From Octopus vulgaris (taxonomy: Eukaryota), in assembly GCA_951406725.2 (NCBI GenBank), contig OX597825.1, forward strand, positions 43,214,001 through 43,278,000: 64,000 nt of DNA, given 5' to 3'. Positions 37,775 to 50,879 of this stretch are shown here, in pieces (the first letter of the stretch is position 1; each line of letters starts with the position of its first letter). Under the pieces are notes generated by a model. That model worked only from the letters and a program-made list of their open reading frames with translations, was not told where the DNA came from and searched no databases. Both the position numbers and the translations under genes were made by a program.

Positions 37775-38600
37775 TATTTTTAACGCCTGTCCTATACCTC
37801 GTGTGATCACGATTTAATAACATGCGGGCATTCTGACTTTAAACGAGGGATTAGAGTTCTCCTTCGAACAGGGACAACGTTTCAGTGAAAAGCAGCTTCA
37901 CATGTGCTTCGGAGAACCTGATATAAGCATTAACCTGCTCGGGTTGTCAAGAGCAATATATAAGCCAAACAAAATAAAGTCTACGTCAAAGGATGGTTAT
38001 GCACAGATCCCAAATCAAAATTCTCAAAAACAGAAAAATAGCATTCAGCCAACACATCGACATTTGCGCTAACAACAAAAATCCAAGCTTCGGAATTTTT
38101 CTCTCTGCCAGTTCAGGGACGATACAACCTGTAGCCAACATGACCATTTAACATACTACTACTATAATACCAACTGCATCCTTTATTATTCTCTCTTCTC
38201 TTTCCTCTTCTTCTTCGTCTTCTTCCTCTCCGCCATCTCCTTCCTTATTTTACTACTATTGCTGTTTAGAATAACACCTACGCATATATTATCAACAATA
38301 CATTCAAAAGAGATGTCTCAAGAATTCAATCACTACTACGATCCACAAGCCACTTGATCATTTAACATCCTACTACTATCATGGCATTCCCACACTTTTC
38401 TTCTTCTTCTCCTCCTCCTCCTCCTTCTTCTTCTTCTTCTTCTTCTTCTTCTTCTTCTCTGCCAAGAATTCACAATGATTTCGAACCCACAAGAGTAAAC
38501 AAGAGAGACAGAGACAGGCAAAAACAAGAAAAATGTCCCTTGTATTTGAATACTATGCAAATATTCTTTTAAAAAACTTTTCTTTAACTTTTCCAAAATT
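37775..38600 (+). mobile_element. Second Penelope-like 3' fragment (GIY-YIG + tail)
   Basis: Nucleotide similarity to 35960-36800, e.g. CTTCACATGTG.TTC.GAGAACCT and ACAAGAGTAAA.AAGAGAGACAG. Confidence 0.75.
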
Positions 38601-38824
38601 TAATTGTTTTCCATATTTACAGTTGAAAAAGTCTCAATGAATGGAACCGGTACTGAATTTTTTTATAAAATTATTTTAGCATTTTTTACCTTGACTTTTT
38701 TCCAAAGATATATATATATAGACACATAGATAGATACATACATACATATATATATTGATAAATATGCATATATATCAATATATATATGTATATATATATA
38801 TATATATATACATAACATATATAT

Positions 38825-38869
<45 letters not shown>

Positions 38870-39000
38870 CATACATATATATATATATCCATATACATAT
38901 ATATATACATATATATACTATATGTTTTGTATACGTATATAATTATATAAGTCAAATCTATCGTCAAATCCAAATACTAGAATTAAAGAAATGTTAGCGG

Positions 39001-39370
39001 TGTTTCTATTTTAGGATGCGTAATATGGTGGTAATATAATCAGCAAAGAGTATTTGTGTTGCTATCTGACCAGAACCTCTGCATTCTTTTATTTTTACAT
39101 TGTAAATATCTTATCTTTATGAACAATATTCTGCCTCTATATGTCAAGGGTAACGCATTAATCAACTTTTGGTTACAATGTTCATCATCGAAATTTTAAT
39201 ATAGGTACAACATACATTTTCGGAACTTTTCTTTCCAAAGCCTTTCCAGATTACTGGGGGTTTTCTGCATTATGCCTAGTTATTTTGGTCATCACATTCT
39301 AATTTAACACGTATTAACTTGATTTAAATAATTAAATTAAACAGATGTACCTGAACTGTGCGAGGTACTA
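39001..39370 (+). pseudogene. C-type lectin-like remnant
   Basis: CFYFRMRNMVVI*SAKSICVAI*PEP; NFWL; PDYWGFSALCLVI; ELCE, across frameshifts. Confidence 0.3.
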
Positions 39371-39591
39371 ATCTATGCCAAGTACCATTAAACTAGTCTG
39401 GTGACCGTGGGACATTGAAGCTGTTGCTCATACATTAGTGCGGATTATAAGAGGTTCCGAAACATCAGTGACAGAAAAGTTGCATCTCTATAGTGAAAAG
39501 ATGCAATGAATAGTTCCAAAACAACACTTAAAAGGCATTATAAATATCGCAATTGAACACTTGCAATGATTTAAGAAATTTCTCTGAAATA

Positions 39592-40768
39592 TATTCCGTT
39601 GTTTCACATGAAATGTCGCATTTTTAATTACTTGTTATTTCAGTCATTTAAAAACTCAATTATGTATACTTTGCATTTAATCTTGACTCTTTTTCTTTCC
39701 CAACAATATTGCTATACAAAATTCGTACCCACAGACCTTATGAAAATGTTAACAACGAAACTATGTTGAGTGATTTTCACGTATGAGGACAAACTGGATC
39801 ACTCTGCTGCAGAAGCTCTACGGAATATCAAGCGGGCCTTTGGTAATGGGTTTGTTGACATCAGAACTGTTTAGAGATGGTTCCAAAGCTCTCGTTCAGG
39901 AGATAATAGCCTTGAAAATAAACCAATGGGCAGTCCAAAATCAGTTATTCGGCATGATGGATTAAATGCTTCGGTTGAACAAAATCAGTGAACAAAGTTT
40001 CGAGAACTTTCCTCAGAACTCCAAACATCTCGCACTACTGTTTTTGGACACCTGTAAAAAATTGGAAAAGCCAAGAAAACGGATAGGTTTGTTCCACATC
40101 AACTGAACGAGATTAGAAAAAACAGAGGCCTCGAAGTGTGCTCCTTATTGCTTTCTCGGCTGGAAAAAGACAATTTTTGCATTAAATCATTACTTGTGAT
40201 GAGAAATTGATACTCTTTCACAACAACAGAACTGGACAGTGATTAGATACACCTAAACACTATCCAAATTCATGATTGTTAAAATGTTAATGGTCACTGT
40301 ATGGTAGTCTGCTAAGGGAGTTATTCTTTATTAGTTTTTGCAACAAGGGAAAATGGTAACAGCAACATCGTATTGCCAGGAAATTGATTGTATGCATGAG
40401 AATTTGAAAAAGAAGCAACCCAGACTAGTGAATAGGGATGGCCCAGTTGTGCTCCACGACAATGCACGACTTCACACTCCTCAAGCTACAGTCTAAAAGG
40501 TGCAAAGCCTGAATTATGAGATTTTGTAACATCCTCCCTATTTCCCTGATATCTCTCGTACTGATCATCACATATTTAAGCATTTTGAGCTTTTCATATG
40601 CACGGACAGTTTATCACAGCAAAAGATGATTTTTTTAAAGATAGAATATATGACATGGTATAAATGAACATGGATCATACTTTGATTAAATAAAGCAGTT
40701 CTCTAACACTTCTGAAGCATTTTATTGTTACCTTTCAAATATGACATTTCATGTGAAACAATCTAATA
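39592..40768 (+). mobile_element. Near full-length degenerate mariner
   Basis: TIRs TTGTTTCACATGAAATGTC / GACATTTCATGTGAAACAA. FVPHQL, ITCDEK, LHDNARLH and HPPYFPDISRTD motifs. Confidence 0.9.
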
Positions 40769-41636
40769 AATTAGCGTATCAGTGACAATGCCGTGCGCCT
40801 ACGATTAAAAGCTTTAATTTAACATATAGAATTGTTGTTATAATGTATGAATAACTAAAAAATATGTATTTAAAGAGGTCAGTAACACTAGCTCGAAAAT
40901 GCTCTAAATCTGAACCACACACCCATTAACTTCAACGCATGAATATACGATTCCTACGCTATATAAAAGTAAAAAAGATTGCATTAATGATTAATCATAT
41001 TGTAAATTTATTAGAAATTAAGATATCTATAATTAAAATAATTACTGCAATAGATCTAAAAGAAAATAACTCCAAAATAAAATATTTCTTTGAGTTAAAA
41101 TAAATACGATTATTGACAAAATACATAGTTGTTAAATAATTACGTAGTTTGAACCAGTAAACGATTCTGGGAAGAGAATAAACACTATTTTTCCAAAATA
41201 TTATGCACAAATATAATATTTAAATAGAATTTTAAAATTTTCCATCCAGTGTGTTGCATATTATACGCAAATAGTAATAAGTCTAAAATCGGAGAATTGG
41301 TTCACACAAATAAAACCGATCATTGAAAAAGTTTCTATGCAATTAGCATCTTAATGCGAAACATTTTAAAGGTTTATTGTAGTTAAAATTAGCAGAATAT
41401 ACAGTCCTCTGGAGACGCGCAAATCCAACGGGGGCTACATTGTCTTCTTCGTTTCAGAAATTTATGAGTATCTAATTTTTGAAATAAATGCATAAACAAT
41501 AAACGAAAGAAATTTAAATAGCATGGCAAAATTAAATATACTTCTATGTATACAGATCTAATCAAATTCCAAGTCAAAGATATCCGAAAAGATTATAAAT
41601 AATCTATCCTACAAATTTATTACAGACATATATCTC

Positions 41637-41667
<31 letters not shown>

Positions 41668-42016
41668 TCACACGTGGGTATAGAATTTGAATAGTGTATT
41701 CACATTCGGCTCTGTAAATTTAGAAGTGTTCGTTGGATATCTGTTACATGAGGTCGCTCGATTGTGTGCATAATCGGCCATAGCACTTTCAAATTCTATA
41801 AAAATTGGAAATATTATACTGAAGAGAGAAGTAAGTAAAACTTAAATTACTTTAATCTCGAAACGCGTTTATAAATAATCCATGTTGATTCATTGTTTTT
41901 CTCTTTGCCTTCGTAAAAAGTATGTCTACCGTCTCATGATGATTCTTATAGTAGTAGAAAAGGAAATTTTAAATTCTTTTTCTAATTTGGTGAAGCAGTT
42001 AGCTGAACCATAATTA

Positions 42017-42078
<62 letters not shown>

Positions 42079-42724
42079 TTATTTATTTATATGGAGAGTG
42101 AAAGAGAGAGAGAAAGAGATAGAGAAGTGTATGTTTTGTAATAGATTTGTATTATATAGATTTTATATATACATACATACAATCATTCATACATACTTAC
42201 ATACATACGCACACATACACACACACACACATATATATATAGACATGCATATAACATAAAAATAAGGAATAAATGAATTGAAGTAAATGCCTGTAACGAA
42301 TAAAAGAAAATTAATTCGCACATACAGGTATATACAAAACTAAATCTTCAAAAATAAGAACTAAGATACAAAGTAAATTTTATGCTGGACATTCTTACCC
42401 TAGAGGAAGGAAGACAACACTCTTTAATGGAATCAATGGATTATATTATGAACGAATATATATATATATATATATATACATATAGGGGATGAATGTTTTT
42501 ATATAGGGGATAAATGTTTTTATTTCTCCTTTAGTTTTCAGAATTACTACTATTTTTGCGGTTTGAGTTTAGCTGCTCTTTTCAAGTGAGTTGAACGACG
42601 TGTCAGGATCATTCCTTAATACTATTGTTGAATATATTATATAATCTGTGACTATTTCTATTTTCTCACTTGACCGCTGGTTGCAGAAAATTTTTCTTGA
42701 ATTTTTCTTGAATTTTTTTGCTAC

Positions 42725-42778
<54 letters not shown>

Positions 42779-42885
42779 TCGGGGTGAGTACTTGATAATT
42801 ATAAGCACCTGTGTATACCGTTTGGTGGTGTAGGTGGTGGAGTAAATTGATCAAAATAAAATAAAAACATGACGCGAAGGATTCA

Positions 42886-42963
42886 GCGGTACATATGTTT
42901 CGGGCCTTTATTAGACAGATTTATAACAATGCATAATGTATGTCTGTGGCCTTCTTCAGCCGC
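42886..42963 (-). ncRNA. Type I hammerhead ribozyme
   Basis: GCGG-CTGAAGA-A-GGCC(extended stem-loop)GGCC-C-GAAA-CATATG-TA-CCGC, in sense orientation ~110 nt from the element 3' end. Confidence 0.75.
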
Positions 42964-44689
42964 GCACAACAGCTTCCACAAGGACATGTGTTACATCAAA
43001 AATTCTTGGTTGGGGATGCAAATCCTCTCATTCGCGTACGACATAATGCGGCAGCAGCATAGAATTGAAGCGTCCATCTCTTTCTTCTCTCAATGTAGAA
43101 TGAGGAAATGTAAATAAATAAATACATATATAGAGGTGAAGATGGAGGGGCGAGAGTTCGGGACGAGGGATAAAAAATGTATAAAAAGTGTAAGTATAGA
43201 ATAATATAAAAATGTAGAGGATAAAGATGTAAAGAGTTATAAGGAGATGTAAAGGGGGTATAAAGAAATATAAAGAAATATAAAGAAATGTAAAGGCATA
43301 AGGTTATAAAGTAAGAATAGAAATAGAAATAAAAGTAAAAAAACCTGATAAAAACATGATAAAAGTGTAAAAGAATGTAAAGATAAGGGATGTGTAGAGG
43401 TTACGGACCAAGCATGGTGGTCAGGAGATTGATAAAATTTAGTTGTAGAATTGTCAGTAAATCAACAGTTTCGTCTGGGGACCTAATGTGTTGTAAATCA
43501 GAGCTGATGAGCATTTAATCTGGTTCCTTGAATTAGATGGACTTCTAGTACATACATATCATCATGGATACATACACCCACATGCACGCGTACATATACG
43601 CCTCCAAGCCTATAAGCATACACACGCACTCGCGTGTAAACATGTACATAAACACACACGCACCCACACGCACGCGCGTACACACACATACATACAACAG
43701 AGTATCCGCATGTATACACGGACACTATACGCGTACACACTCACATGTACATACGCGCGCCGATCCCTACATACACACACGTATATGCCCACGCCTCTAG
43801 GTCTAGGTATAAGATATTGAAGGATGTGTATAAGAACGTATGTAAAGAATCCCGTACTCATGTCTATACGTGCACGCACACACGGCTGTGTGTCCGTATG
43901 TGCGTGCACATATACACTCGTATACACACACAGAGACACACGCGCACATGGGTATAGCTATAAGATATCGAAGTATGCATGTACATATATGCGCGTGCAT
44001 ATGTATGTATGCGTATACACCCGTACGCGGACGCTCGTATAGTCAAAAAGTGGATCCATAGGTAAGTAAATAAACATATATAGAGGTGTAAAGCGATAAG
44101 TTAGGGGTAAGAATGAGGGTAAGGGTAAAGATTAGAAATAAAAAATACAGTATAAAATAAGAAATACAATGTAATAGTTAGAAATGAAATATAAGAATTA
44201 TAAAAATTATAAGAGTTAAGGTAAGGGATGAAAATAAAAATGAGAATAAATGGAAGTAGAATAAAAGTAAAAATAACATTAAAAATAAAAATAAATGGAA
44301 GTAGGATAAAAGTAAAAATAAAAGTAAAAATAAAAATAAAATAAAATAAAATAAGATAAAAATATAATTTGGTAAAGTTTAACATGAGATGAAGGTGGTT
44401 GAAAGTTAGAGGTGTGTGTTAAACGTTGGGGCGGGCGGGGGTAACTGAAAATTGGAAGGGTGGGAAGTGGAGTTTGGCGGTGTGCGTTCAACATCCGAGT
44501 TAGAAATGTGAAAGGGTATAGATATAGGGAATTAAAGAGACTATATAGGGAGGATATGGGTGTAGGAGAAGAAATATCTAGGGAAAAGAAGTCATATATG
44601 GGAGACAAAATTTGTATATATAGGGGGAAAATGCAGGGAACCGTATATGCACATACACACACCCACACACACACACACACACGCACATG

Positions 44690-44722
<33 letters not shown>

Positions 44723-44872
44723 GTACACGTATGTGCACATACACACACATACACACACACATACACATATACACGCACATATAGGAAAGCGGGATGTGCT
44801 GGAGCCGACAGGTTGCACCGGGTGGGAGGAAATTGCATGGGGGAGTTGGTATAAGACCTAAGCTTTGTAGTA

Positions 44873-45043
44873 TTAGAAAGTATTAATAAGTTTATGTATA
44901 CAGGATGGTTTGAACTCTGGCCTTTTGTTAATGAGATTGTGTTTGTCTTTGAATTTCAAGATGTTCAGGAGTTCCACACAACATAGTTGGCATCCTGCTC
45001 TATTATTTAAATAAGGTGCAGCTGATCCGATGATGGACCATCT
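44873..45043 (-). pseudogene. C-terminus of a Penelope-like GIY-YIG endonuclease (Naiad-like)
   Basis: RWSIIGSAAPYLNNRAGCQLCCVELLNILKFKDKHNLINKRPEFKPSCIHKLINTF*: W-x-I...CxLC..E..I...NKRxE...CxH pattern. Confidence 0.75.
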
Positions 45044-45959
45044 ATACGTGCACGTATAGACATGAGTACGGGATTCTTTACATACGTTCTTATACACATC
45101 CTTCAATATCTTATACCTAGACCTAGAGGCGTGGGCATATACGTGTGTGTATGTAGGGATCGGCGCGCGTATGTACATGTGAGTGTGTACGCGTATAGTG
45201 TCCGTGTATACATGCGGATACTCTGTTGTATGTATGTGTGTGTACGCGCGTGCGTGTGGGTGCGTGTGTGTTTATGTACATGTTTACACGCGAGTGCGTG
45301 TGTATGCTTATAGGCTTGGAGGCGTATATGTACGCGTGCATGTGGGTGTATGTATCCATGATGATATGTATGTACTAGAAGTCCATCTAATTCAAGGAAC
45401 CAGATTAAATGCTCATCAGCTCTGATTTACAACACATTAGGTCCCCAGACGAAACTGTTGATTTACTGACAATTCTACAACTAAATTTTATCAATCTCCT
45501 GACCACCATGCTTGGTCCGTAACCTCTACACATCCCTTATCTTTACATTCTTTTACACTTTTATCATGTTTTTATCAGGTTTTTTTACTTTTATTTCTAT
45601 TTCTATTCTTACTTTATAACCTTATGCCTTTACATTTCTTTATATTTCTTTATATTTCTTTATACCCCCTTTACATCTCCTTATAACTCTTTACATCTTT
45701 ATCCTCTACATTTTTATATTATTCTATACTTACACTTTTTATACATTTTTTATCCCTCGTCCCGAACTCTCGCCCCTCCATCTTCACCTCTATATATGTA
45801 TTTATTTATTTACATTTCCTCATTCTACATTGAGAGAAGAAAGAGATGGACGCTTCAATTCTATGCTGCTGCCGCATTATGTCGTACGCGAATGAGAGGA
45901 TTTGCATCCCCAACCAAGAATTTTTGATGTAACACATGTCCTTGTGGAAGCTGTTGTGC

Positions 45960-46037
45960 GCGGCTGAAGAAGGCCACAGATATACATTATGCATTGTTAT
46001 AAATCTGTCTAATAAAGGCCCGAAACATATGTACCGC
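45960..46037 (+). ncRNA. Type I hammerhead ribozyme (inverted copy)
   Basis: Same motif as 42886-42963, with one substitution in the stem II extension. Confidence 0.75.
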
Positions 46038-46144
46038 TGAATCCTTCGCGTCATGTTTTTATTTTATTTTGATCAATTTACTCCACCACCTACACCACCA
46101 AACGGTATACACAGGTGCTTATAATTATCAAGTACTCACCCCGA

Positions 46145-46191
<47 letters not shown>

Positions 46192-47459
46192 AAAAAAGGA
46201 GATGTCGAACACGAGTGGTGATATATAAAAAAGGAAATGAAGAAAATGCTGACAAATAATTGAAGTAATTTAAGTAATTTAATTAGGTGAAAGTTCTTTT
46301 TACCGGTTGCGCATTTGTTATGCTTATCAAAATATGGAAGAAATGTAAAAATTATTAAAAAGTGCATGAATTAAAAACGCAGTACGACAAATGTATACAT
46401 AGATATAGAAAAATATTAACCCCAATTTATAGGCAATGCACATTATCGTGCATGCGCACTAACACAATTTGGTGGACGAGATAAACAATGAGCAACATTT
46501 TAAATGTGAAAGCTGGTAAGTTAATAAATGAATTGTTTACTACTTGAGTTAAATCACATAATCTGTAAAGATAAGTTTCAATTTAATAAATATAAGTTTT
46601 GATTGCACCGTTCACGGTTATTATCCCGTAACCAGAAAGTTTTATACTATATGAATTACGTACAAATTTTTGTCTTCTTCATATCTCGTAAACAAAAAGC
46701 AAAAAAATATAACTTCCAGCTCTTATGGTGTACGAAAGATATGTAAAGAAAAAAATAAAACTAAAATTGTCCACATATAATACGTATAGAATTGCAATGC
46801 TTTCCAGTGTTTCAATGAAACTACACTGTACAGAGTACGTTTCATATTTATGCAAAGGCATCTGCATACAAATATACATACAAAGGTACATACATATACA
46901 TATATAGACATAAATATAGTGGGTGAATAATATACAATATGCATCTATATAAAATATATTCAACAATATTCATAATACGTTTGGTACATACGAAAAGCAG
47001 AAACCAGACATTTATCATGATTTCGAAAGAGAAACAAAAGTAAGCTGGCATGGATGAATGGATAGATAGAAGGACAGATGGATGGCTAGATAATTAAACA
47101 GAAGAGGGAATCAATAAATGAGTGGTTTTATAGTTGACTAGATAAGCGCATGTGGGAATTCGGGGAAAGCTATAACAAGTATTATGCGCGTATTTAGAAA
47201 CAAATTGACAAACGAAAATATCTAAACATGCCACATTATTTCGACGTATAACAGTTGAACTTTTCACAGTATATGACAAGAAACTAAACTAATAGTATTT
47301 TTTAATGCGAATAACTGTAGAAAAGAAACAAAAACTGGAAGAAATTTCCATCTTTACGATAATACAACGTACTTTAAAATTGTACTACTTTTCTTTCCCT
47401 TCCTTATTTACCTTCTAACTGCTGGTATTATTGTTGTTCTGGTTGTCTTCTAATCGTAT

Positions 47460-49840
47460 TGTTAGTGTTCAACATTTGGTAGTTTCAGGTAAATTTCTAC
47501 TGCATCAGCTAGGGTGTGTGCAGCATTGAGTTCTTTTTGTTGTTTGCAGTGTGCAACCTCTTCCCGATATTGTATTGCCTCAGTTTCTTTGTTTAATGAG
47601 GTGTGGTGCAGATTTTTATTGTATTAGTGTTTGTATTGTGTATTGTGTTGTGTTTCTGGATTGTTTTGTTTAGGTTATATTATTGAATTGATAATGTCTT
47701 GCGTAGGATGTGGGATGTTCCTAACAGGGCTCTTTGTTGAATAGTTTGCTGAAGGTCTAGGTATAGCCTCTACGTTTTTGTTCATTTTTTATCGTGCCCA
47801 ATACTCCAATTATTATTGCTATTCTTTCCATCTCGATACCCCACATTTTGAATACTTCAATTCTGAGGTCTTTGTACTTTGACCATTTCTCCACTTATTA
47901 TTTGGTGGGGGGGGGTTATATTTTGATCAGAAGGGACTGCAATGTCTGTCATTAAACAATAGTTTTTTTCCAATCCTTTATTATTATATCTGGGCGACTA
48001 GCTTTTATGTCGGTTTGAACAGGCATATTCCAAATGATTGTGGCGTTGTCATTATTTTGTACCTTATTCGGTCCATGTTTATACCATTTACTGTCAATTT
48101 TTATGTTGTAATTTGAGCATGTTGTCCAGTGGATATAACTACCAACTCAGTCGTGCCTGTATGTATATTGAAGGACTGGACAGTCGGAAAAGATGTGGTC
48201 TGCTGTCTCATTATGCTGGTTGCACAATCTGCATTTGGTGTTAGGGCTTGATTTCTTTATTTTGCTTTTATAGTCGTTAGTAAACTGACAATGGTCTTGT
48301 GCAACGGGAATCAGTCTTTCGGTTTCAGGGTTTAGAAAAGAGAATTGAGCTATTGTTGGCTTTTACTGAGGCTCACTTCTTCTCCATCAAGCCTCGCAGG
48401 GTCTTGGCCCTGGAGTGGTTTTTCTCTCAATATCTTGTTTAGTATATTTTGTAGTTCTGTTTCACATTGCTTTTTGTCTTTTTGACAATTTCTGCTATGT
48501 TGTCATCTGAGGTCAGTGTATCAGTATAGTTTGTTTCTGTTCTGTATTTTGTCACCACCCTATGCATAAAGAAGAGTGTTTTCTTTTTCTCGTTTTGCTT
48601 TATTACATGTAGTAGTCGTCCACTTTTTGTTTTTAAGTACTTATCTAGCCTAACTGTTATCTTATAATAGTTCTCTATATCTGTGTCAGGCTACGGCCTT
48701 CTTCTGAGCGGGGTAGATATATGCTGTCCGCGTTTGATTTGGGGTGGTGTCTTCAGTATTCCGTTAATAGTTTTCTGTTTTTTTTCAATTCAATGATCTT
48801 CTAGTTTATCATGTCGAAGTTGTAATCTACGACTGGTGTGACCAGTGTGTTTATCCCTATTATCTTATTTTTAGCATTGAGTTCAGTGTTTAATATTAGT
48901 CCAACATTTCTGTAATAGTCTCTGCTAATTTTTTCCCTCATTCTTGTGTGTTGTATTTTAGCTGCTTTGTTTGTTCTTAGATATTTGTATGGGTGACTGT
49001 GGTATAATTCTCTGATTTCCGTGTCTATGACGAGTGAAGTATTTTCAGTGCTGATTAATTTGCTTCTTCTCAGTGTCACTTCGGCACATTTGTCCAGCCC
49101 CATACTCATCTTGATATCCTTGCTGAAACGATGGACAGTTTTTAGAAGGTTTCTCTGTTCTGGGATATTTTTAGTGAAAATGTTTTAATCATCCATGTAC
49201 ACTAGATGCTTTATTGTTTGCCTACAGCAGCTGTAACTCATGATGGTTTCACTTAACCAGATTGTTAACGGGGTCAGAGTAAGCCAGAAAAGCAGGGGTG
49301 ACAGCGAGTCTCCTTGGAAAATTACCCTTCTTATGGGTAGAGGGCAGGTTTGAGTGACTTATGATCATTTTTCAATTTTATACTGGTTTTTCAGTTTGCC
49401 ATTGCATGTTAGATATACCTCAGTAGTGTTGGAGATGATTTATTTGTGTAGAGAGATTTCAGTATCCATGAGTGTGGATCACTGTCGAATGCATTTTAGT
49501 AATCAATGTAAGTCTTGTTGAGGGTCGTTTTTCTCTTAGTGCTCTATAATGGCTCGGTTTATCCGAAGTTGCTCCTTACAACCGTACAACCCCACTCCGG
49601 CATTCCTTTTGTTCTCTTGGTAAATCCTTGTTGTTTTCGCTTATAGATGAATTATGTAAGGGTTTTGTAGAATGTTGATAAGATGCTGACAGGATTTTGA
49701 TAGGTATGTTGACAAGCATGTTATTAGCCTATAATTTTGTAGTTGTCGTTGTTTTGGGGAATTAGGGTGGTTTGTCCTTCCAGCAAGCAGTTTGATGCTG
49801 ATTCTAGTAGCTTAAAAGTAAATTAAATACTGCTGCTCTG
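47460..49840 (-). mobile_element. Degenerate R4/Dong-like element
   Basis: GLDKCAEVTLRRSKL...ELNAKNKIIGINTL; FQGDSLSPLLF, YMDD and SRPDIII remnants; 3' UTR related to ~57800-58000. Confidence 0.8.
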
Positions 49841-49849
49841 TAGGCGTAA

Positions 49850-50492
49850 ATGAGGACGAAACTACAGGTGACGGACTTTCACCTGGCAGGTACCCTGTGG
49901 GTGAGCAGCACAAGTCCGGTCGTCATTATACGTCATTAAATGGACTAAATTATGAATATAGCTGTCGTGGAAAATTATTTCTTTAGCAGACTCACTGATA
50001 ATAAAAGGAGACCCATAAGAGGAAATAGAGAGCAGATGCTTAATATATGAGTGGAGAAGCAGGGCGTAGATATTACGGAATAGAGACTGTGTGACCAGGT
50101 AAGAGCAATAAGGAAGAAAGTATGACTAACAGTACTAGAGCTCGATGAGATTAGGAGGAGGGTGATGACCGATGCCGAAGTAAATACAGAGAATGCTGAC
50201 CAGGCTGCACTAAATGAGAGTAACTGAAACAGGCTTAATGTCTCAAGCCCTGAGTCTAGAAAAGGACTAAATAATAAAGACACATGGATGATCTAAGATA
50301 TTACTAGTATTAGTGGGGAAAACCTGGCTATTGGCACAAATGGTTTCATGAAAGTAGATAGAAATTTGCTCAGTTGGTGAACCCTTATGGTGAATAAAAT
50401 GCTGAAAGAAATCAAGACAAATAATATAACACGAACAAATAGATTCAGTAAAGCTTACATCGTCTATACATGAAATAAAATAGGCCTCGAAC
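49850..50492 (+). mobile_element. 5' fragment of an R4/Dong-like element (N-terminal Myb-like region) ending at (TAA)n
   Basis: KWTK..MNIAVVENYFFS...GNREQMLNI*...TE*RLCDQVRAIRKKV*LTVLELDEIRRR. Confidence 0.7.
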
Positions 50493-50494
50493 TA

Positions 50495-50612
<118 letters not shown>

Positions 50613-50613
50613 T

Positions 50614-50850
50614 AGCCTTGGGTTTAGGGTGTTGCTCTCATGATCGCGAGATCGTGGTTTCAATGCCTAGACCGGGTGGTGCGTTGTGTTCCAGAGCAAA
50701 AATGCTTTATCAAACGTTGCTCTGCGATCACTTCGGCACCTGACAGGTGGTAAACCCTGTATCCGTTCTGGCAAAGTCAATTTGATGGAGTGAGTGAGTT
50801 AATGTACAGTACATACATTTGATCACAACAGACAAATCATTTGTGCGAAA
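50614..50850 (+). mobile_element. tRNA-derived SINE (degenerate)
   Basis: GGTTTAGGGTGTTGCTCTCATGATCGCGAGATCGTGGTTTCAATGCC head, then GTTGTGTTCCAGAGCAA. Related to 3267-3520. Confidence 0.6.
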
Positions 50851-50879
50851 ACAACAGCAGCAAAAATTACTGCAGCATT

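Larger units (their letters stand above)
42776..46147 (-). mobile_element. 5'-truncated Penelope-like element with ~1.1-kb inverted terminal arms (42776-43876 and 45047-46147), inserted in (TA)n
   Basis: Arms are near-identical reverse complements. The spacer holds a GIY-YIG C-terminus, and each arm carries a hammerhead. Confidence 0.85.

Noticed and set aside
39400-39545. Pogo-like HTH start (WDIEAVAH..KTTLKRH)
   Set aside because: Too short and degenerate, with no TIR or DDE region to support it.
43440-43560. CTGATGAG and GACGAAAC motifs as a second hammerhead, and a SECIS search downstream of the Naiad-like ORF
   Set aside because: The two half-motifs are on opposite strands, and I could not build a convincing SECIS stem by eye.
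49838-49867. Hammerhead-like TGAGGACGAAACTACAG at the 5' end of a Dong fragment
   Set aside because: Lacks CUGANGA, stem I/II and a cleavage triplet in the correct arrangement.
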